Source: Promethearchaeia archaeon (lineage in GTDB: Archaea; Asgardarchaeota; Lokiarchaeia; Sigyniarchaeales; SOKP01). From it: a stretch of 64,000 nucleotides of DNA. Location: assembly GCA_029856045.1 (NCBI GenBank), contig JAHQWG010000016.1, positions 96,001-160,000 on the forward strand, read 5' to 3'. Numbering within the stretch: position 1 is the first letter of the stretch; every line of letters starts with the position of its first letter. A model generated the notes under the pieces. That model ran no database searches. It worked only from the letters and a program-made list of their open reading frames with translations, and was not told where the DNA came from. Positions 27,513 through 36,409 of the stretch are shown here, piece by piece. The position numbers were made by a program, and so were the translations under genes.

Positions 27513-27659
27513 ATGAAATTAATTACAATTCATCTACCTGAAAAATATATAGATAAATTGGAAGAATTAGTAACGCGAGATCTATATCCAAATAGAAGTG
27601 AAGCAATCCGCATGGCCGTAAGAGACCTTTTAAAAGAAGAACTAGGCAGGTTAACTTAA
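27513..27659 (+). CDS. ribbon-helix-helix (CopG/CdrS-like) transcription regulator, 48 aa, not in ORF track
   Basis: MKLITIHLPEKYIDKLEELVTRDLYPNRSEAIRMAVRDLLKEELGRLT*. Confidence 0.88.
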   Translation: MKLITIHLPEKYIDKLEELVTRDLYPNRSEAIRMAVRDLLKEELGRLT

Positions 27660-27685
27660 TTTATAAAGTTATTCTCTCTTTTTTA

Positions 27686-28111
27686 TCAACTTTCTTGGAG
27701 CAACCAAAAATAAAGAATTAATACAATAATCCCTAGACTTGAGAAAAGAAATACCCAACCATTTCTTATGGATTGAATTAATGATATTATTATGAGGATC
27801 GTGAGTTTTTTCCAACCAAGTACTTTTCCGTTTATTTCTTCTACATTACCTATTGCAACACTAAAAAACAAGAAAAATAGTATAATTGTAATAGTTTTAA
27901 TTGAAATATCAACAATATCTAGGAAAAGATTTTGATTCATAAAAATAGTTACTATCCCCGAATTGAATAATATGGAAACAACAAAGAATATACCAGCTAG
28001 ATAAAACGAATTAACTCCCGATTTTATTATAAATTCATCTGTTGATAATATTTTCTCAGGTTTTTGTTTTTCTACGGTTTCTTTTTCGGGAATTTTTTTA
28101 TATTTTGACGT
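27686..28111 (-). CDS. membrane protein, ~4 TM; probable ACG start
   Basis: Frame open from ACG 28111 (TSKYKKIPEKE...FYLAGIFFVVSILF...), AGGAGG upstream; the track ORF starts 57 codons later. Confidence 0.7.
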   Translation of the reverse strand, partial: TSKYKKIPEKETVEKQKPEKILSTDEFIIKSGVNSFYLAGIFFVVSILFNSGIVTIFMNQNLFLDIVDISIKTITIILFFLFFSVAIGNVEEINGKVLGWKKLTILIIISLIQSIRNGWVFLFSSLGIIVLILYFWLLQES

Positions 28112-28948
28112 TTATCTACTCCTCCTTTTATGTTTGCTTTTAGTTTTAAAGATATAAAAACCAAAATAACTATAAATAATCCCTGCACTAATAAAAAAAA
28201 TTATTGTAAAAACATTTATTGTTAATTCTAATAGATCTAAAGGTAATTCTTCAGATTCTTCGAACAAACCAATCGTTATTTTTAGAGTTGCAGATTCTTT
28301 TAAAATAGAGCTTGAGCTATTATAATTGGGATTATCTCCATATATGAATTTAATTGCATAAGTTTGTGAGACATTCAATAAAACATCCTGCTTATCTGTA
28401 TTATTTTCATTGAATTTTATTTCAAATTCATATTTAGTCTTCTTCTCATCAAGCTTACAGGAGCCATTTCCATTTATATTAGTATCTAGAATATAATTGG
28501 TCCCACTAACTATATTAAAATCAAAAAATGACGTATTATGAAGTGATAAACTGTCCAAATTATAGTTTTGAACAATTTTCGCGTCTAAAAATTCTGTTTC
28601 ATTTTCATCTGAAGAATTGCAAAGAATTATTCCTAAAAATTCATTGGAAGGATGGATTTCTAACTCAATACTAATTGCTATATATAGTGATGAATTAGAT
28701 TTATTATGACAAACCCAAATTTCAATAGGAAGATCATCAATAACTCCTTCTGTACTATTTGCATTCATCCATTCATTTTCTTTAGATGAAAAATTTCCAT
28801 CAATAATTGGTGGCATTGTTTCAATTGAGGTTAAAATATCATCATTAAAACCAGCTCCAACAAATTTTGGATAAGAATTTAGAGAATAACTAATTAAGAC
28901 AAGAATAATAAATGCAAGAAATATTTTTACACTATTAATTTTCTTCAC
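28112..28948 (-). CDS. exported membrane-anchored protein, DOMON/CBM9-like beta-sandwich
   Basis: N-terminal signal/TM, PPIIDG..EW, LYIAI, YEFEI, C-terminal TM plus basic tail. Confidence 0.6.
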   Translation of the reverse strand: MKKINSVKIFLAFIILVLISYSLNSYPKFVGAGFNDDILTSIETMPPIIDGNFSSKENEWMNANSTEGVIDDLPIEIWVCHNKSNSSLYIAISIELEIHPSNEFLGIILCNSSDENETEFLDAKIVQNYNLDSLSLHNTSFFDFNIVSGTNYILDTNINGNGSCKLDEKKTKYEFEIKFNENNTDKQDVLLNVSQTYAIKFIYGDNPNYNSSSSILKESATLKITIGLFEESEELPLDLLELTINVFTIIFFISAGIIYSYFGFYIFKTKSKHKRRSR

Positions 28949-29116
28949 AAGAGTCGAACCAATTTATTTCAACATTATTAAATATAATATTAGATTATAG
29001 TGAAAAATACATTTTAAATAGATACTAAAGTAGTAAAAATCAACATCACTCACTATGATAAAGATTTTTTAGTTAAAATATATAAGAGAATATAAGAAAA
29101 GAGAAAAACCTTCTTT

Positions 29117-29560
29117 TTAAAGAAAATTTGGGAGCAGAACTAGATTTGCCCACTTGCTAGGGTACGCTATAAAGTAATTTAATAATTTCTTAATAGTTTT
29201 ATCTGATTCCTTTCTAGAATTTAGATAGTTTGCAAATTGTTTTGGACCTATTGCAACCAGTAATCCATCTAGATTTTTTTCTCTTTTAAACAAGAGCCAA
29301 ATTGGTTTTTGATTTTCCAATTCTTTTATTAATAAAAAAAGCCATGGATTGTTTGTCCAATCAGATCCATCTGGTCCAGAAACTTTATTAATTGCTTTCC
29401 CCGTAATATATTTTGGGTTATCTTTTATTTGTTTAATTAATTCATTAAAATACTTTCGTTTGATGGTTATATATTCATTGAATATTGATGCGCAATCATA
29501 TAAATCTAACTGATCATTGGTTCCATCAGAAAAATTAATCCCAATTTTCCATATCTTCAT
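29117..29560 (-). CDS. hypothetical protein
   Basis: 147-aa ORF in the rnp3-rnp2 run. Confidence 0.65.
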   Translation of the reverse strand: MKIWKIGINFSDGTNDQLDLYDCASIFNEYITIKRKYFNELIKQIKDNPKYITGKAINKVSGPDGSDWTNNPWLFLLIKELENQKPIWLLFKREKNLDGLLVAIGPKQFANYLNSRKESDKTIKKLLNYFIAYPSKWANLVLLPNFL

Positions 29561-29600
29561 TAAAGTTTATTTATTCTGATTAAATTTTTTTTATACATTT

Positions 29601-30017
29601 TTAGTAATTTATTTTCTCAATTAATAATTTATAAATTCCTTCTATGTCTTTAATTTCTTTTTCCAAAATACTTTGATCAATTTCTTTAGGGTTTAAATAT
29701 ATTTCTTGAATTATTTCATCTTTTTTTAATGATACTCCGGAGGTATGAATAATATTAAATTTTTTGAGAATTTCAAATATTTTTAATGTGTTTTCACTGG
29801 AAAAGTTAATTCCATAAGTTGTTATTTTTATGACAGTATCATTTTGGACTGGATAAACCATATATTTTATAAATTTTTTTGAAATAGTTCGTATTATTAA
29901 AATACTACTTTTATTTTTTAAACTTTGCAAGGTGGATTTTGAAATATCGATTTTTAATGAAAAATCATCATTAATTTTCTTCAAAAATGCGGTAGTTAAT
30001 TGTTTTTTTTCATTCAT
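29601..30017 (-). CDS. hypothetical protein (possible C-terminal ACT-like domain)
   Basis: 138-aa ORF overlapping the rnp2 stop; IIHTSGV motif. Confidence 0.6.
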   Translation of the reverse strand: MNEKKQLTTAFLKKINDDFSLKIDISKSTLQSLKNKSSILIIRTISKKFIKYMVYPVQNDTVIKITTYGINFSSENTLKIFEILKKFNIIHTSGVSLKKDEIIQEIYLNPKEIDQSILEKEIKDIEGIYKLLIEKINY

Positions 30018-30369
30018 ATTTTAAAGAAGCATTTTTTTCTAAGTGAAAGTTTTTTAAAATTTTTCTTAATTTTTTTATTGTTCCGCTTGTTTTTATTGGA
30101 TAAATAGATATTCGAGAATTCTGAAAATATCGTATCATTCCTAATGAAGTGATTACAATTTCTTTTGATGTATGAGCAAATCTTAAGATACCCCATCGTT
30201 CTTCTAAATTAAATTTAACTAGCCATAATCCGATTTTACTTGTCTCTTTTACGCCAAAATATCTAAATAAATTATTCCAAATGAGATTGATAATAGATTT
30301 TCCATCAATTGTTAGATCTTTTTCAATAATATAATAAAATAAAATATATCGCTGTCTTTCAAATTTCAA
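30010..30369 (-). CDS. rnp2: RNase P protein Pop5/Rpp14
   Basis: ERQRYILF, FG..GLWLV, GILRF.H, TSGTIKKLR. Confidence 0.88.
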   Translation of the reverse strand: MKFERQRYILFYYIIEKDLTIDGKSIINLIWNNLFRYFGVKETSKIGLWLVKFNLEERWGILRFAHTSKEIVITSLGMIRYFQNSRISIYPIKTSGTIKKLRKILKNFHLEKNASLKYE

Positions 30370-30391
30370 TTTTCATTTAACTCCAAATTAC

Positions 30392-31105
30392 TTATTTTAT
30401 TATTTTAACTCCATTTTCAACTATGTTTGGATCAATTTTTTTATTCAATTTTTGTATTAATTTGGATGGATTATCTTTTAAAGCTAATTTAGCGTTAGTA
30501 AAACTCATATCTAAAAGTGTCTGGCAAATACTTATTAATACTCTTGGGGATTTGTAATCAAGAAAACTTAAAAAATTTCCACTAATGAAATAATTGACTT
30601 TTTTAACTAAGGTCATTCGCAATGCAGAGAAAATAATACGAATATTTTTAGATTGAGTATATTTATTTTCATTAAAAATCGGAGCAAAAGAAAATTCAAT
30701 AAAAGAATTATACTGCTTGGAAAGGGATAATACCCCAGGAGTTAATGTTTTTGCAATAATTGGATTAGAGAAAGAAACAACATCAATTCTAGTATCTCTT
30801 GCACAAAAAATTTGTATCTCTTTATTTTCAGATTCCACTGATAAAATATGTGAAAAATTATTATACTTTTTGATTAATTTTTTTAACTCTGTAATATTTT
30901 TTGGTTTAAGATTTATTCTGAAATAGACATTAAGATCGATTGCTTTTCTTATTTTTTCTAATAATTTTTTTGGCAATTTTTCAATATTATTTACTGGTTC
31001 TATGATAACATTTTTAAAATCCAATTCTCCAAGAAATTTGAGTCTATTTATGATATCATCATATTTTTCAATGTCTACCGGGACTCTTGATTCAAAAAAC
31101 CCCAT
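30392..31105 (-). CDS. rnp3: RNase P protein Rpp30
   Basis: PHP-like barrel, R.DVV, IEFSF, SPR.L, NP; conserved L15e-Rpp30-Pop5 order. Confidence 0.8.
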   Translation of the reverse strand: MGFFESRVPVDIEKYDDIINRLKFLGELDFKNVIIEPVNNIEKLPKKLLEKIRKAIDLNVYFRINLKPKNITELKKLIKKYNNFSHILSVESENKEIQIFCARDTRIDVVSFSNPIIAKTLTPGVLSLSKQYNSFIEFSFAPIFNENKYTQSKNIRIIFSALRMTLVKKVNYFISGNFLSFLDYKSPRVLISICQTLLDMSFTNAKLALKDNPSKLIQKLNKKIDPNIVENGVKIIK

Positions 31106-31328
31106 TTATTATTAAACTCCTTTATTATGAAACATCTTCTAAAAATTTAATATTATTTTCAAAATTTTTATTTTATGTGATAAATTTTGTTATTGAGCTT
31201 GATTAATATATAATTCGTAAAAAGATAGGTCGATATATAAATTCACTTTAAATTATGCATCAATAATTATAGATTATAAACATAAGGATTTAAAAGATTA
31301 AAACTAAATGAATGATACTTAAAGTAAT

Positions 31329-31913
31329 TTATTTTCCACGTCCTTTATTTGCTCTGATGCTTGGGCGGGTTTTTTCAGAACCCCATCCTTTCTTATGCAA
31401 ACCTCTACCCCGTTTTCCTGCAGAAGTCAATCCTCTAAAGACTCTCTTCTTATGTTGTTGATGTACAATCCAATTTATATTTGGATCTAAGATAATCCTT
31501 GGATGAAGTGGATCAACAAATATCACTTCATAATACCACGATTTTCCGTCATCATACACTTTATATGAATTTAAGACTTCAAGATTTGGATATTTTTTCT
31601 GTGCTCTTTCTTCGGCAATTCTTTGTAAGTTTTTCCCAGGAGTAATTTTTGAGACACCCATAGCCCTTGGTTTTCGGCCCATTTTTGGTCTAGATTTACG
31701 TCTACTACCCTTTCGGATTCTCGAGCGAACGATACAATATCCTTGTTTTGCTTTATAACCTAATTCCCTCGCCCTATATAATTTAGTTGGTTTTTCTATG
31801 CGTTCGACTGATCTACCCTTTCTATATTTTATACCTCTATGCCAATAGTCCGTATCATGTCCAGTTTCGATATTCTGAAAAGTCTCCTTAATGAATCTAT
31901 ATCCTGACTTCAA
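31329..31913 (-). CDS. rpl15e: 50S ribosomal protein eL15
   Basis: RARELGYKAKQG, AEERA..KYPNLEVLNSY, RVFRGLTSAG, RPSIRAN. Confidence 0.97.
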   Translation of the reverse strand: MKSGYRFIKETFQNIETGHDTDYWHRGIKYRKGRSVERIEKPTKLYRARELGYKAKQGYCIVRSRIRKGSRRKSRPKMGRKPRAMGVSKITPGKNLQRIAEERAQKKYPNLEVLNSYKVYDDGKSWYYEVIFVDPLHPRIILDPNINWIVHQQHKKRVFRGLTSAGKRGRGLHKKGWGSEKTRPSIRANKGRGK

Positions 31914-32128
31914 ACATGTTTCACTTAATTCTAATGTAATTGTTAAAAAATTTCATAAGTTAAAAATTTTGTTTCTCAAAAAATTAAGGTAAATGATCAA
32001 GTTTAACATTAAAGGTTTTTTATAGAAAAAATTCCTTATAGTCATTTATAATGATTTATACTATTTTGATTTGATTATCTAGATAATTTTTTAACTTTAC
32101 CAAAAAATATTTTATTAAAATAAATTTA

Positions 32129-32548
32129 TTGATTTTTTCAAAAATGGGGAAAAAAAATAAAGAAAGTAGTTTAAAAAAAGCAGTTATTAAAAATAATAAG
32201 GGTATTTCAATATCTTATGATAGAGAAGAGATTAAGAAAAATCTTCCTCATCTTTTTAATGAATTAAAAAAAAGTAATCAAAAAATTAGAATAAATGGAA
32301 TTACAGATTCTAATGAAATTATAGAAAGATCGGACGAAATCTTTAATCCTGGGGTAGAGGACTTTATAAGACGTTGTAGTAGTCAAGAAGAAGCTTACGA
32401 TATTTTAGATTATCTCCTTAAAAGAGAAAAAATATCTGAAAAGGAATATAATACCTTAAAGAAACGAGTAAAAAATGAGGGGATAGAAAGTTTTGGAGAA
32501 AAAAAGACATGGGGTTATTATGAGAGAAAATATAGAGCTAGAAAGTAA
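32129..32548 (+). CDS. DUF2095 family protein
   Basis: KKNLPHL..EL, NP.V.DFIRRC...EEA..I.DYL..R..I, G..SFG.KK.WGYY. Confidence 0.8.
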   Translation: MIFSKMGKKNKESSLKKAVIKNNKGISISYDREEIKKNLPHLFNELKKSNQKIRINGITDSNEIIERSDEIFNPGVEDFIRRCSSQEEAYDILDYLLKREKISEKEYNTLKKRVKNEGIESFGEKKTWGYYERKYRARK

Positions 32549-32631
32549 ATATTTTGATTTTAAAATTTAAATAAATCTATAAATTAATATTAGATATTTT
32601 ATCAAATGAGATCTTTTTAAGGGGAAATAAT

Positions 32632-32846
32632 ATTAAAAAAATAATATTTGCAATTGCTGGAATAGGAAATGTTGGATCTGCATTAATTTAAGGAATAAAA
32701 TATTATTAAAAAATTGATGAAAATAATTTATACACTCATGGTTTAATGAATACCAAGAGTGGTAACCTCCTCCAATTCAAGCCCCTTCTGATGTATTAGC
32801 CAAACATTGGGTTCAAGAATTTATTGAAGGAAAAAGAGAAAGATAA
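32632..32846 (+). pseudogene. ino1: myo-inositol-1-phosphate synthase remnant (N- and C-termini only)
   Basis: IKKIIFAIAGIGNVGSALI*GIKYY*KIDEN..HGLM joined to PPIQAPSDVLAKHWVQEFIEGKRER*. Confidence 0.78.
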
Positions 32847-32855
32847 ATTGATAGG

Positions 32856-32930
32856 TGCATTCAGTTTGGGGCGACAAAATCATTGCCAAGAGCATTAGCT
32901 CAGATTGTCACTGAGTACATCATCATGCAT
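32856..32930 (-). ncRNA. box C/D methylation guide sRNA
   Basis: TGCAT/ATGCA terminal stem, C box ATGATGA, D' CTGA, internal hairpin, C'-like ATGATT, guide TTGTCGCCCCAAA, D box CTGA. Confidence 0.8.
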
Positions 32931-32953
32931 ATTTACTTAATTTAAAATCTTTA

Positions 32954-33223
32954 TTAAATTTTATTTTTAAATTCTACTCGCTTTTTAAATTCGATTCCTC
33001 TTTCAGTTATGTGAAATTCTTCATTAATTTTACTTATTAAATTAAGATCAATCAAAACGGGTAGTCTTCCATTAATGCATTCCATCGGGACTCCAGAAAA
33101 TAATTTAATAGTGTCTTTTTTCCTTGCCCCTTTTTCAATAGCAAGGAGAATCTCAAACCCCATATCTCCTATTAAATATTTCAAGTTATTATTATTTTTT
33201 GGTTTTCTTTTCTTAGCAGACAT
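32954..33223 (-). CDS. small winged-helix protein
   Basis: EILLAIEKG..IKLFSGVPMECINGRLPVLIDLNLI...FHITERG. Confidence 0.7.
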   Translation of the reverse strand: MSAKKRKPKNNNNLKYLIGDMGFEILLAIEKGARKKDTIKLFSGVPMECINGRLPVLIDLNLISKINEEFHITERGIEFKKRVEFKNKI

Positions 33224-33272
33224 TATATCCTAAAACCGATATTTTCGATTAAAAAATTAAGGGGGATTATTC

Positions 33273-34505
33273 TTATTTTTTCTTTTTTTTCTTAGATACT
33301 TTTTTTTTCTTATCCACTTTATTCTTATATGTAGATTTTGAAGATAAATCATCAAGAAAATTTTTTATATCAAATTCTTTTTTTACAGGTGGTTCATATT
33401 TATCAGCAATAACCGCTTTAGATTCTCTTGGTAATAATTTCCTGAGATATTTAGGAAACAAAGTAGTTATTTGAATATCAGTTTTTAAAATAACGTAAAT
33501 ATCCCCTTCATATTTGAATTCATCAATAATTTCAATTTTTTTTAAAGTGTCGAGAATTTCGAAATAAGATGCTAAAGCTTTTTCTGAGATGAGTTTTGGG
33601 AGAACACTTTTTAAAATAGGACCAGCTCTAAGTTTCGAAAGCACATTGTAAATTTTAGAGTCCGAAATCAATTGAAATAATTGAAATGAATCTTCTTTGG
33701 TTGGTTTATATACATCAAAAAATTGTGTTACTTTTTTAATAACTAGATCAATTAGCATTGGTTTTTCATCAAAATATTCAATAACACTTTTTGGTGGCAT
33801 TCGTATTGATTCAACTTCTTTTACAAGAAGAATATATCTTTCATAACCAATTTCATTTATGTGAATAAAATCTTGATTTATTAATGTTTTTATTAAATCC
33901 TCAAATAATGATTTTTTGAAAGTTTCATTGAACCATTTTTGTAAATCTTCATATGTAATTGGTCCATTAGAAAGTTTTTCTAGTGTATAAAAAATTTCTT
34001 TATCTTTTAGTAAAATTGAAATTTGTTCTTCTTCAGTTTTTTCACGAATTTCATCTAATGAGACCCAATATAATTCCTTTAGCCATAATTTAATTAATTC
34101 TTGATTTTCTTCTATTTTTTTCCGTTCAATTTCATCATAGCTATTTTTTTCATTTATATAAAATGCTTTATGTACTTCTTCATTAGATTGTAGCTTTTCT
34201 GCAAATTCAATACACGATGAAAGAATATTTTGTTCTATTTCTGGAGTCATAGATTGATCAATAATCACTGATAGCATTAACATTTCCTTGCCTCCTCGAG
34301 CTTTTTCTGAATAAATTTCAAAATAATAATTCATAGAGTTAAGATCTTCAATACTATGAGTAAAAAAGCCCTCTTCAATAGCTTGATCCATAATATTTGC
34401 AATTCTAACATATAATCTAGTATCTAAAGCATTTTCTGGAAATGAATAATATACTAATGGTCCAATCTTACGATGAAAATAACTAAGAGAAACGATGGGC
34501 TTCAT
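33273..34505 (-). CDS. uDENN/longin-like domain protein with C-terminal winged-helix repeats
   Basis: LSYFHRKIGPLVYYSFP, FFTH, NYYFEI.S..ARGGKEMLMLSVI; fold call is inference. Confidence 0.6.
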   Translation of the reverse strand: MKPIVSLSYFHRKIGPLVYYSFPENALDTRLYVRIANIMDQAIEEGFFTHSIEDLNSMNYYFEIYSEKARGGKEMLMLSVIIDQSMTPEIEQNILSSCIEFAEKLQSNEEVHKAFYINEKNSYDEIERKKIEENQELIKLWLKELYWVSLDEIREKTEEEQISILLKDKEIFYTLEKLSNGPITYEDLQKWFNETFKKSLFEDLIKTLINQDFIHINEIGYERYILLVKEVESIRMPPKSVIEYFDEKPMLIDLVIKKVTQFFDVYKPTKEDSFQLFQLISDSKIYNVLSKLRAGPILKSVLPKLISEKALASYFEILDTLKKIEIIDEFKYEGDIYVILKTDIQITTLFPKYLRKLLPRESKAVIADKYEPPVKKEFDIKNFLDDLSSKSTYKNKVDKKKKVSKKKKKK

Positions 34506-34788
34506 ATTTTACTTCATATAGTTTTTTCTTTAATGAAATCCAAGATTGAAGGTCTTTTTTTTAGTTAGTTTTTTTTTTATTATTTTTTATATATTTTAAA
34601 GATTGAAAAATATTCTAATGTGACTCTCTCTAAACCATTAAAAAACAAAATAGGATTTTATTACGTATATCAATATTAATTAATATCTGCCGATTAAATA
34701 TATAAAGATTTATTTTAATTAATTTTTATAAATTTCCTTAAGTTAAAAAAATATTTTCATTCATTTTTTTTTATGGTCTTACAGATAA

Positions 34789-35538
34789 GTGAAAAAAGTG
34801 GTAATTAAAGTAATAGCATTCGATTTAGACGATACACTTTATAATGCGACAGAATTAGCGAGAGAAGCTAGAATTAGTGGTTTAAAAGCTATGATTAAAA
34901 AGGGTTTAAAAATTGATTTAAAAAATGCAATTTCAATTTTAGATGAGATTGTTAAAGAATATGGCACAAATAATTCTCATCATTATGATATATTCATTCT
35001 ACGTATTAATAGATTTGAACCTCAAATTGATTTTATTAAAACAGATCAAAAAAATAAATATGTATCTGCTGCTGTTATGGCATATCACGAACAAAAAATT
35101 GAATTAATTAAGCCTTTTAATGATGTTATTCCTTGTTTGAAGCAAATTAGGAATTTAGATATAAAAACCGCAATAATTTCTGATGGAATACCAATTAAAC
35201 AATATGAAAAAATATTAAGATTAGGAATTGATGATTTAATTGATTTAATTGTAATTTCGGATGAGATTGGAATCAGAAAACCAAATCCTAAGCTATTTGA
35301 ATATTGTTTGAAAAAATTTAGGATTATAGGAGAAGAATCAATTTATGTGGGTGATAATCCAGAGAGAGATCTCGTTCCAGCTCGTATGAATGGAATGAAC
35401 AGTGTATATATTCATAGAGGTGGAAAATATAATAACATAACCACGGGAGAGAAAATTCTTAATGGAAAAAAACCTGAGTATGAAATAAATACTCTTCTAG
35501 AATTAAACAAAATTATTAAAGAAATTAATTCTAAATAA
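34789..35538 (+). CDS. HAD-superfamily hydrolase (subfamily IA)
   Basis: FDLDDTL, ISDG..KQYEKI, KPNP, YVGDNPERD. Confidence 0.9.
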   Translation: MKKVVIKVIAFDLDDTLYNATELAREARISGLKAMIKKGLKIDLKNAISILDEIVKEYGTNNSHHYDIFILRINRFEPQIDFIKTDQKNKYVSAAVMAYHEQKIELIKPFNDVIPCLKQIRNLDIKTAIISDGIPIKQYEKILRLGIDDLIDLIVISDEIGIRKPNPKLFEYCLKKFRIIGEESIYVGDNPERDLVPARMNGMNSVYIHRGGKYNNITTGEKILNGKKPEYEINTLLELNKIIKEINSK

Positions 35539-35543
35539 ACGGA

Positions 35544-36359
35544 TTGGGTGTTAATTTGAAACTAATCTTAATTCAATCGGAAATGTTTGATAAAGACAAG
35601 GAATGTTTTATTGAAATTCAAAATCTCATAAATAGCATTCCATCTATAGAAGAAAATTGTGATTTAGTTTGTTTGCCAGAAAGATGGATTAAGATGAATC
35701 CAAATCTTGAAAAAAATATTCAAGAAGAGAGGGGGTCTCATTATCAATTCATTAAGAAAATTGCAAAAAAATATCATATTAACATCCTTTCAGGAGGTAT
35801 TTGGGAAAAAAGAGAAAATTCAAACAAAAATTATGTAACATGTTATTTTTTTAATAAAGATGGTGAAGAAATTGGACGTCAAGATAAAATTCACCTATAT
35901 CGTTATGAAAAATTTTTCTTTGAACCTGGAGATACTTTAAATTTATTTAATCTAAATGGACACCTATTTTCAATTTTAATTTGTTTTGATATGGTGTTTG
36001 AAACGCCCCGTTTTGCAGTTAGGAATGGTGCTGAATTTTTAATATCTCCTACATTAATTAGAGAAGAGGGAATGGAGAATTGGGGTGTTTATTTAAGGGC
36101 GAAGTCTCTAGAAAACAGAGTTCCAATCGCAGCGTGCAACTCCTTTGGAATTTTAAAAGACCGAATATTTCCCGGCAATAGTAAAATAATTTCTTTTGTA
36201 AAAGGTTTTTATTCACCATCTAAATTAAAAGTTCTTGAAGCTCCATTTAATAAACATGCTATTTTATTTGATAATATTGATTTAAGATTTCCAAATAAAC
36301 TTAGAAAGAAAAGATTAAAAGAAGCAATAAGTTTGGAGGAAATTAAATTAAAAAAGTAA
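35544..36359 (+). CDS. carbon-nitrogen hydrolase (nitrilase family)
   Basis: E-K-C triad: LPERW, QDKIHL, ICFDM; LENR. Confidence 0.9.
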   Translation: MGVNLKLILIQSEMFDKDKECFIEIQNLINSIPSIEENCDLVCLPERWIKMNPNLEKNIQEERGSHYQFIKKIAKKYHINILSGGIWEKRENSNKNYVTCYFFNKDGEEIGRQDKIHLYRYEKFFFEPGDTLNLFNLNGHLFSILICFDMVFETPRFAVRNGAEFLISPTLIREEGMENWGVYLRAKSLENRVPIAACNSFGILKDRIFPGNSKIISFVKGFYSPSKLKVLEAPFNKHAILFDNIDLRFPNKLRKKRLKEAISLEEIKLKK

Positions 36360-36409
36360 AACTAAGGTTTATTAGCCGAAAAATTTGGAAATATTATTAG
36401 AAACTTTCA

